The notes under the pieces are model-generated. The model saw nothing but the letters and a program-made list of their open reading frames with translations. It searched no databases and was not told the DNA's origin. DNA of 64,000 nucleotides from an uncultured bacterium (GTDB lineage: Bacteria > UBP14 > UBA6098 > B30-G16), in the NCBI GenBank assembly GCA_965552135.1, contig CBEVQY010000004.1:1-64000 (forward strand), in the 5' to 3' direction. Positions 56,691 through 64,000 of the stretch are shown here, piece by piece. Each line of letters opens with the position of its first letter. Positions within the stretch are counted from its first letter, which is position 1. The position numbers and the translations under genes are program-made.

Positions 56691-57075
56691 TCAGTCTATC
56701 GGTAGTTCAAGCTCAACGGTGTCGGTTGCGAAGATCCAGTACCCATACCCGGTCGGATGAAGTCCGGCCTGTCGTAGCTTTGTGTTGAGGCGTCGAAGCC
56801 GAAGATATCGCTGCCCACGCCGGGCAGCTCGCTTATCCGCGAGCACTCCACAGGGACACACGGCGCGCCGATCAGGTTCCAGCCGGGATAGAGCGTGTAG
56901 GTAAGGTTTACCACCTCCTCTTTTGCGCCGTAGACGGCGATGGTCGTGTCTACAGGCGACGCCAGCCAGAAGGCGGTTCCGGGCGTTAAGGTGTCGGCGA
57001 TGCGGTAGATCTTGTCCCTGTTGTCCCACGTCCACACGGGGTAGACGAAGAACGGGAACAGGTCTTCGACTGCGA
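56691..57075 (-). pseudogene. Frameshifted C-terminal fragment of a secreted protein (GWNL-motif domain)
   Basis: LTPGTAFWL..LYPGWNLIG..IRPG continues as YGYWIFATDTVELELPID only after a one-base shift near 56750; no N-terminus; host-like GC. Confidence 0.65.
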
Positions 57076-57157
57076 CTATTTTTCACTTATGCGAGTTCCA
57101 AAAGAGCCTTGACAAGAGAGAACTTAGAACTTAACTGAATAAAAAAAGAAGGAGAGA

Positions 57158-59062
57158 GTGGTGGAAGGAGGCGGGAAATTGGCTACTCTGATTCCCAATG
57201 AGGCGTACAATGGCGATGATATAACGCCTGGTGAGAAGAAGTTGTTAGAACTTTTTAAAGATCATGCAGATGCTGAAGTTTTGGTCTTTTGGCGACCTCA
57301 GCTTGAGTCGGGCAAGCAACCGGATGTAGTAGTATATTGGCCAGAACTTGGTTTAATACTCTATGAAATAAAGGACTGGGTGATAGATCAAATTGAAAAA
57401 GCTGACCCAAATGAATGGACGATCAAATTTGGCAGGGTAAGAAGTGCAAAAACAGCGCCATTGAAACAGGCACGACAGTATTTTTACCAACTTCGAGAAC
57501 AGCTGGAGAGAGAAAGATGTTTATTGTCTGAAGATCCGAAACATAGAGGAAAACTGAAAATTCCTATCGCTACTGCTGTAGCGTTTCCAAATATTTCAAG
57601 GGCGGATTTTCTGAGTCGTAATTTGGATAAAGTTCTACCTGTTAAGTTTGTAATGTTTGGCGATGATATCGAGGAGATACGTAATGGCAGGAAAAGTTTT
57701 TTCCACATACTTAAGGCTCATTTTGATCCATGGTGGAGAAATGATGCGCTTTCGCAGCAGGAAAGAGATATCCTTAGAAAAATTCTTTTCCCAAGGGTGA
57801 CGTTGGACTGGAAACTCCGTCGAATAAACCTCGATGCCTATCAAGAAAAAATTTTAGATAGCTTGCTAGCATCGAAAGGACATCATATAATTCGCGGTGT
57901 TGCTGGTTCAGGGAAGTCGCTTATTGTTGCTAAGTATGCAGCGGAGCTTGCAAAACAGCACCCGGAATGGAGAATATTAGTAACATGTTATAATATCTCA
58001 CTTGCAAGTCAGCTGAGGAATTATGTAAGGTTTTTCAGTAACTTTAGTGGTAACGTTCATGTAGCCCATTTTCATCAACTTGCCAAAGAAATACTTGGAA
58101 ATATACCCCAATTAGTTTGTATAGAAATCGAAAATAGCACTGATGAGCTCTGGAAGCAAGAAGCTGTCAAAGACGAAGAGCGGTCAAAGATGTTAGGGGA
58201 GGCTCTAAAGAAATATTTGCGCGCTCATAAACCGATTTTGTATGATGCAATATTAATTGATGAAGCCCAAGACTTTCACCCAACTTGGTTTGAATCTCTT
58301 CTTCTAATTTTGAACAAGGATACAAATACGTTGTTACTTGCCGAAGATGGTGCACAGAAAGTGTTTCCAAGAACTTTTACATATAAAGGTGTAGGGATAA
58401 ATGCAGTTGGTAGGAGGGTAAAAACTTTAAAAAAGACATACCGTTGTACACAACAAATAATTTCTTTAGCAACTAAAATTATAATGAAGAAAGATGATTG
58501 GGACGAATTCTACCGAAATTACATTGCGCAAGCCTCTGAGAATGATTTGTTTAGCAACAGTGAAGTGAGTGCTGCCGCAGGAGAATTTCCACGTTTGGTG
58601 GTTGAGAAAGATTATAATAGAATAATTGATTTCATCGTGAAAGATATTAAAAAAGAGACCACTGGTGATTTGCCGTTACAATATAATGATTTCGGGATTT
58701 TATACCTTGTGCGTATACATAACGATCATGATTATGTACGTCCTATAATAGAAGCGTTGAGGTGTAACGGAATTCCTCATTTTTGGTTGTCAAAGGATCG
58801 TGACTCGAAACAGAATTATGATCCTTTTAACAACTGTGTAACGGTTTCGACAATATTTTCAGCCAAGGGACTTGAATTTCACACAGTTTATTTAGTAGGT
58901 TTAGAGCTATTTCCATGGCCTCTACGCAGTTCAGAAGCAAATAATTCTATTCTTTATGTTGCAATTACAAGGGCTAGGCGGCGATTGGTAATGTTTTCAA
59001 CTGTTGAAAACGATACAACTCGTAGAATACGACAATATCTAGATGAAATACAAACAATGTGA
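57158..59062 (+). CDS. NERD nuclease + UvrD-like superfamily 1 helicase
   Basis: PDVVV..LYEIKDW..PLKQARQY; GVAGSGKS, IDEAQD, SAKGLEF, LYVAITRA; AT-rich. Confidence 0.88.
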   Translation: MVEGGGKLATLIPNEAYNGDDITPGEKKLLELFKDHADAEVLVFWRPQLESGKQPDVVVYWPELGLILYEIKDWVIDQIEKADPNEWTIKFGRVRSAKTAPLKQARQYFYQLREQLERERCLLSEDPKHRGKLKIPIATAVAFPNISRADFLSRNLDKVLPVKFVMFGDDIEEIRNGRKSFFHILKAHFDPWWRNDALSQQERDILRKILFPRVTLDWKLRRINLDAYQEKILDSLLASKGHHIIRGVAGSGKSLIVAKYAAELAKQHPEWRILVTCYNISLASQLRNYVRFFSNFSGNVHVAHFHQLAKEILGNIPQLVCIEIENSTDELWKQEAVKDEERSKMLGEALKKYLRAHKPILYDAILIDEAQDFHPTWFESLLLILNKDTNTLLLAEDGAQKVFPRTFTYKGVGINAVGRRVKTLKKTYRCTQQIISLATKIIMKKDDWDEFYRNYIAQASENDLFSNSEVSAAAGEFPRLVVEKDYNRIIDFIVKDIKKETTGDLPLQYNDFGILYLVRIHNDHDYVRPIIEALRCNGIPHFWLSKDRDSKQNYDPFNNCVTVSTIFSAKGLEFHTVYLVGLELFPWPLRSSEANNSILYVAITRARRRLVMFSTVENDTTRRIRQYLDEIQTM

Positions 59063-59079
59063 GTACAAGGAGGTATGCA

Positions 59080-59496
59080 ATGAGCTTAATTGGACACACC
59101 GCAAATATTGGGCGGTTTCTAAATGAAGCTGTAGATTTGCTGGCGAAATCTAAGATTGTCACGGAGATCATGAAGTTACTAAAAAAGTATAAGATCCCCG
59201 AGCTTATTACTGGACATATCAAGAATCTATTCGAAAAGAGTGCTATAGAAAGAAGCCAGTATGCGGAGTTTTATGCTTTCATAGATAGGGTCGAGGAGAA
59301 GTTAAACAAATGTTCCGAGGACGTTGTTGATGTGGAAGGTAAACTGCAAGTGATCGAAGGGGAAGTGTTTGGAATAAAGCAAGAGCTAAGTGATATAAAA
59401 AAAGAACTTCAGCGTTCCCGAAAACTAACATTCGCCATTTTGTTCATTTTGTTACTAAACATCATTGTTGAGATAGTGTTATCTTTATCGCGGTAA
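59080..59496 (+). CDS. Hypothetical coiled-coil protein with C-terminal TM helix
   Basis: AAGGAGG RBS; heptad run VEEKLNK..IKKELQR; hydrophobic LTFAILFILLLNIIVEIVLSL. Confidence 0.7.
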   Translation: MSLIGHTANIGRFLNEAVDLLAKSKIVTEIMKLLKKYKIPELITGHIKNLFEKSAIERSQYAEFYAFIDRVEEKLNKCSEDVVDVEGKLQVIEGEVFGIKQELSDIKKELQRSRKLTFAILFILLLNIIVEIVLSLSR

Positions 59497-59728
59497 TGCG
59501 CAATTGCTGTTGAAACATAGTTAATCTGTAATGCGGCGCCGCAGTTAACGTATTTTAAAATAGATGCAAAGAGAAACTTGGGTGCACCAGGGGTTTTGAA
59601 ATATGCGGTGCCTACGTTTTTCTGGTGACCTGGGCAACGATTGAAATGACGGTGCGCATCTTTTCCATTGGTTCAGAAGCTACTTCTGTTTTGTTGTGTT
59701 TGGAAATTTGCCCCCTCTTTAAACGACC

Positions 59729-59757
59729 TTGACAGGGACGGCTTTGGGGCTTAAAAT
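59729..59757 (+). promoter_or_regulatory. sigma70-type promoter
   Basis: TTGACA-N17-TAAAAT. Confidence 0.7.
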
Positions 59758-59794
59758 TTGTTCTTTGACGGAAGGCAAGATTGGGGGTGCGAGA

Positions 59795-60511
59795 ATGAGG
59801 AGGTTTTTTTGGGCAGGCGTGGCTGTTTTTTTGGTTTTGGCGGGTTTTTCGCTTTCGCAGGAGAGGAAGGGTCCTCGGATATCGGTTGTTGAGCCCAACT
59901 TCGACTTCGGCTTTGCCCCCGAGGGTGCGGTTATGGTTCACGAGTACGTGATCCGCAACATAGGCGACGAGGACCTTGTGATAAAGCGTGTTCGCACCAC
60001 GTGCGGCTGCGCCACCGCGCCTGTGAAGAAGACAGTCCTTGCCCCGGGGGAGGAAACGACCGTAACGATAATCTTCAACAGCACGCGCTACTTCCACAAG
60101 ACATCGAAGGCGGCTATCATCTCGACGAACGATCCCGAAAGACCCTCCGAGAAGATAACCTTTGTGGCCGACATGGACACGACCAAGCCACGCGCCATAA
60201 CGGCTAAGCCGCGGATTCTCGACGTTGGCAGGGGGGAGGAGTTTAGGCGCGAGAACACGGTCAAGATCTACAACCTCACCGACGACACCCTCACCCTCGC
60301 CGTCGTGGACTACTACAGGGAGTTTTTGGATGAGCCCAAGCTTTCTTCGGTCTCGCTCCCGCCCAAAGGCACCACCGACGTTAAGGTATCAATAAGGAGG
60401 GAGGTTCCCGCCTCGGATGTAATAAAGGCTTCGTTCACCGTTGCCGCTATGGACAAGATGGGCAAGCAGGTTACGCGAATAACCGTTCCCGTAATGGGCG
60501 GCGGAAGCTGA
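59795..60511 (+). CDS. DUF1573 domain protein
   Basis: Signal peptide, FDFG, N.GD..LVI..V.TTCGC, LAPGE, TNDP. Confidence 0.88.
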   Translation: MRRFFWAGVAVFLVLAGFSLSQERKGPRISVVEPNFDFGFAPEGAVMVHEYVIRNIGDEDLVIKRVRTTCGCATAPVKKTVLAPGEETTVTIIFNSTRYFHKTSKAAIISTNDPERPSEKITFVADMDTTKPRAITAKPRILDVGRGEEFRRENTVKIYNLTDDTLTLAVVDYYREFLDEPKLSSVSLPPKGTTDVKVSIRREVPASDVIKASFTVAAMDKMGKQVTRITVPVMGGGS

Positions 60512-60532
60512 CAAGCAGCCGAGGGAAGCGAG

Positions 60533-62110
60533 ATGTTGCGCTTTGTCTCCAAAGCTTTGTTTGCCCTTTTGCTTTTGTGGGTTTGGCGGGCTTGTGCCGC
60601 GCCTGTAACCGTCGAGGTTTACTACTCCAAATACTGCGAGCACTGTCAGAAGATAAACGAAAGCTTCCTGCCGCAGTATATGGAAAAGTATAAGGGCAAG
60701 GTTAACTTCGAGTTCTACGAGGTTGAGGACAACCTCGACAACTACGAGCGTTTGCTGGACAGGGAGGCTCAGACTGGCGACACCGACAACGAGCTTCCCG
60801 TGATATTCATAGGCGACGTCGTTTTGGGGGGCGAAGAGGAGATTTATAAGCGCTTCGAGAGGGCTTTGAGGGAGGCGCTTCGTCGTGATGAGCTTGCCAA
60901 GCACCTGAAGCCCAAGCAGGCGAAGACCTTGGTCGAGACGATTGCGGTGCTGGAGACGGTCGCTGCTCCTGTGGGGTCCCTGGCTTCGGCTCAGATGGGA
61001 ACGGTCTACGCCGTTTTTATGTACAAGAAGGGCTGCGCCCACTGCGACAGGGTCAATCACGACCTCAGGCTCCTTGCCCGAAACGCCCCCAGGGACTTTG
61101 GAGTCGTCTTCGTGTACAGAAGCTTCGACATAGCCGACCCCCACGCTAAGCTTTTGTGCGAGGCGTTGTGCGAACGAAACGGAGTCGACGACACCCGCAG
61201 GCTCGCCACACCCGCCGTCTTCCTGCCCGGATATGCCTTCATCTACGGCTACAACACCCTCAACTACTTCTCCCTCGCCAAGGCGATAAAGGAGCTTGGT
61301 GGCGGGAGCGAAAAGCTATGGGAGACTGTGACGCAAGAGGAGCTTGCCGCGGCGGAGCAGAGGATAAAGGCGCGTTTTTCGAAGTTCAACGTTGCACCCA
61401 TAATCTTTGCGGGGCTTCTGGACGGAGTCAACCCGTGCGCGTTCGGAGCGCTTATATTCTTCATAACCTTCCTTACGGTCGCCGAGCGCAAAAAGGGCGA
61501 AATCCTGATGGTTGGGATAGCCTACACCCTCGCCGTCTTCATCACCTACTACGCCGTTGGCGCAGGCTTTTTGGGCTTTTTGGCGGCGCTGCCTATATTC
61601 CAGATAATCGCGCGGTGGGTCTACATCCTCACAGGGATCCTCGCCGTCGTGCTGGGGGTTCTTTCCCTGGTCGATTTCGTCAAAGCCAAGCGCGGAAACC
61701 TCCAGGGGATGACGCTCCAGCTGCCCGACAAGCTTAAAAAGAGAATTCACAGGATAATAATCTCCGAAAACGAGCCCAGAACCCGGAGGAACTTCCTGTT
61801 TGCTGCGTTCATCACTGGTTTTTTCGTGAGCCTGCTTGAGCTTGCCTGCACGGGACAGGTCTACCTGCCGACGATCATCTACGTCCTTGGGATACCAGGG
61901 CTTAGGATGAAGGCGCATCTTTATCTTCTGGTCTACAACTTTATGTTCGTTGTTCCCCTGCTTTTTGTGTTTTTGATAAGCTACCTTGGCGCCACCTCCG
62001 AGCAGCTCAACGCGTTTTTGCGGCGCAACACGGCGACGATAAAGTTCCTCACCGCCCTTTTGTTCTTCGGGATGGCTGCACTGCTTTGGAGGTCCATCCT
62101 TGTCGGATGA
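60533..62110 (+). CDS. Tandem thioredoxin-like domains + CcdA/DsbD-type membrane domain
   Basis: CEHC and CAHC motifs; GLLDGVNPCAF, ELACTGQVY, YN.MFV.PL. Confidence 0.82.
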   Translation: MLRFVSKALFALLLLWVWRACAAPVTVEVYYSKYCEHCQKINESFLPQYMEKYKGKVNFEFYEVEDNLDNYERLLDREAQTGDTDNELPVIFIGDVVLGGEEEIYKRFERALREALRRDELAKHLKPKQAKTLVETIAVLETVAAPVGSLASAQMGTVYAVFMYKKGCAHCDRVNHDLRLLARNAPRDFGVVFVYRSFDIADPHAKLLCEALCERNGVDDTRRLATPAVFLPGYAFIYGYNTLNYFSLAKAIKELGGGSEKLWETVTQEELAAAEQRIKARFSKFNVAPIIFAGLLDGVNPCAFGALIFFITFLTVAERKKGEILMVGIAYTLAVFITYYAVGAGFLGFLAALPIFQIIARWVYILTGILAVVLGVLSLVDFVKAKRGNLQGMTLQLPDKLKKRIHRIIISENEPRTRRNFLFAAFITGFFVSLLELACTGQVYLPTIIYVLGIPGLRMKAHLYLLVYNFMFVVPLLFVFLISYLGATSEQLNAFLRRNTATIKFLTALLFFGMAALLWRSILVG

Positions 62111-62214
62111 GCTTTCTGACCGCAGGCGTTTGTGTAGCCCTAAAATAGTTTTTGCTGTTGACAAAGAGGTTTATTGCTTATATCTATATCAAAAGAACAG
62201 AACGAATTGCGTCT

Positions 62215-63318
62215 ATGGGAATCCTCGACAAAATCAAGCTCCCCATAGGGAAGGGTAAGAAGGTTCAGAAGCTTGCCGGGCTTGATGTAGGCACTTTTAT
62301 GGTCAAGATCGTTGTGCTTAAGGTGGACGACAAGGGCAACGTTTCGCTTTCTGCGGCTGGCAAGAGGGCTTTGCCTCAGGGAGCTGTGGTCGACAAGGAC
62401 GTGAGGGACAGGGAGGGTATCATCTACGCCATTCAGTCGCTCGTCGATGAGGTTGATCCGGACATAACGGAGGTTGTGATCTCCCTTGCGGGTCACAAGG
62501 TTTTGGTGGACAGGATAGAGATTTCAGCGCCGACGGGCAAGGGCAAGAGGGATGAGCAGATAAAGGAGGCGGTTTTGGTCGAGGCTGAGCAGCGAATCCC
62601 CACAGGCACGGACAGCGTGAGGATAGACTACGTTGAGCTTGGCGAAAGCGAGGACAAAAAGAAGATAGACGTCTTGCTTTTTGCTGCCCGAAACGAGATC
62701 GTGGACGACTACGTTGGAGTCGTTATGGACGCGGGGCTTGTGCCCGTGGTTGTTGATCTGGATGCGATAGCGCTTTACAACGCCTTCGAGCACAACCACG
62801 ACATCCCCCAGGAGGGCTGCATAGCCTTGATAAACATAGGGCATGCCCTATCGAACGTCGTCTTCATTTTGGAGGGCAAGCTTTACTCCATAAGGGACAT
62901 CTCCAACGCTGCGCGCAACGTGTGGGATAGGCTTCAGACCGAGCTCCACCTCTCCACCGATGATCTTCGGGCTTTGATGCTTGGCACCGTTCCGCTTGAG
63001 GACAGTCCGAGCTCAAGGCGCGCCATATACAACTCGTGCGAGGACCTGAACATAGGGCTTGGGATGGCGTTTTCGTACCTTGAGAACGTAACGGGCGGCG
63101 TTAAGGTGGAGAAGGCTTATCTTTCCGGCGGCGCTGTTGGGATACCGTTTCTGGTCGATGCCCTCTCGGCTGGGCTTGGGGTCCCGTGCGAGCTTGTCGA
63201 CTCGTTCGCGAGGATAAAGTTCGATCCTGCGCTTTTCGGCGACACCCCGCTTGAGGTGGCAAAGGCGATCTACACCGTTCCCGTGGGGCTTGCGCTGAGG
63301 GGGAGGGAGCTGGAATGA
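62215..63318 (+). CDS. pilM: Type IV pilus assembly protein PilM
   Basis: GLDVG, EAEQ.IP, VVDLD..AL.N, LINIG, LSGGA, VGLALR. Confidence 0.9.
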   Translation: MGILDKIKLPIGKGKKVQKLAGLDVGTFMVKIVVLKVDDKGNVSLSAAGKRALPQGAVVDKDVRDREGIIYAIQSLVDEVDPDITEVVISLAGHKVLVDRIEISAPTGKGKRDEQIKEAVLVEAEQRIPTGTDSVRIDYVELGESEDKKKIDVLLFAARNEIVDDYVGVVMDAGLVPVVVDLDAIALYNAFEHNHDIPQEGCIALINIGHALSNVVFILEGKLYSIRDISNAARNVWDRLQTELHLSTDDLRALMLGTVPLEDSPSSRRAIYNSCEDLNIGLGMAFSYLENVTGGVKVEKAYLSGGAVGIPFLVDALSAGLGVPCELVDSFARIKFDPALFGDTPLEVAKAIYTVPVGLALRGRELE

Positions 63319-64000
63319 TCAAAATAAACCTCCTTCCGCCCGAACTGCGGAAGAAGAAAAAGGTCCCGTTTATCGACAGAACGTTCGTCTACGGCGTGCT
63401 TGTGCTTATAGCGGAGGTGATTCTGCTCTACCTTATCTCCCTTTCGCAGCAGGCGAAGATAGCGGAGCTTGAGAGCGAAATTGCCTCGGTCCAGCTGGAG
63501 CTCGACAAGTACCAAGAAAAACTCAAGCTTTTGCACGAGGCGCAGTCGCTCAGGAAGGAGCTTACCGCAAGGATGGACGCCGTGCAGGAACTTGAGAACA
63601 AAAGGGCGTATTGGGTCAAGGTCCTCTCCGATTTCGTCGCAACGGTGCCGCCCTACCTTTGGATCGACAAGTTCGAGGAGAAGTCGGAGGGGGTCGTTGA
63701 GATATCCGGCAAAAGCTACACCCTAAAGTCGATAGCCTCGTTTCTCATCAATCTTATCGCCTCCGATGCCTTTTCGAACATAAAGCTTGGTCCGATAAGC
63801 AAGCAGAGCATAGGCAAGGGCGAGGGCTACGGCTTTACCCTGACTATGCGCCTTGTTGGGAAGCCCAAGGAGAGGCTTGGTCAGTTCGTCGTGGACACGA
63901 CCAAAACCGTTGAGCAAAAGCTTAAAAAGGGCTACAAAGGCTTTGTGGAAAGCACCCGCGAAAAGCTTGGGCTCTACGGCAAGGAAGAGGCGAAGAGGAT
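63315..64000 (+). CDS. pilN: Type IV pilus assembly protein PilN (runs off window edge)
   Basis: Manual translation MIKINLLP, TM, coiled coil, VPPYLWI; overlaps pilM stop. Confidence 0.88.
   Translation, partial: MIKINLLPPELRKKKKVPFIDRTFVYGVLVLIAEVILLYLISLSQQAKIAELESEIASVQLELDKYQEKLKLLHEAQSLRKELTARMDAVQELENKRAYWVKVLSDFVATVPPYLWIDKFEEKSEGVVEISGKSYTLKSIASFLINLIASDAFSNIKLGPISKQSIGKGEGYGFTLTMRLVGKPKERLGQFVVDTTKTVEQKLKKGYKGFVESTREKLGLYGKEEAKR

Noticed and set aside
45484..59560. Integron cassettes explaining the single AT-rich genes
   Set aside because: No convincing attC (RYYYAAC..GTTRRRY) structures at junctions by eye and no intI; the TGCGGCGCCGCA palindrome near 59533 is insufficient
54483..59700. 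Classical tRNA-integrated island or prophage
   Set aside because: Foreign DNA lies on the 5' side of the tRNA; no integrase, duplicated tRNA 3' end or phage genes seen

Overview
64 kb of chromosome from a GC-rich, diderm, probably anaerobic bacterium. An FCB-related candidate lineage is inferred from the GWxTD protein, T9SS-like C-terminal domain, DUF4175, PilMN and KdsD/Wzx. The backbone is housekeeping (polA, leuS, asd, fmt, ruvC, dtd, dus, hutU, sppA, pilM/pilN, tRNA-Met, glycosylation genes) plus an Hdr-Mvh [NiFe]-hydrogenase operon whose HdrA is compact and fused to MvhD. Visibly AT-rich nuclease/helicase genes are slotted singly into this backbone with no integrase: EVE/PUA-NucS-like nuclease, two NERD-like nuclease-SF1 helicases (one with a membrane-anchored coiled-coil partner), a GmrSD-like DUF262 protein and DUF3800. 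Most notable: (1) a broken helical ORF, then a 7 x 21-nt GTAC-containing array, DUF3800 and paired hairpins upstream of tRNA-Met; (2) a stand-alone coiled-coil/AT-hook/tandem RAMA-like protein that could be a methylation-reading nucleoid protein; (3) a candidate oriC between ruvC and dtd; (4) a seemingly domesticated IS200-type Y1 transposase. All family calls come from motif recognition by eye; no searches were run.
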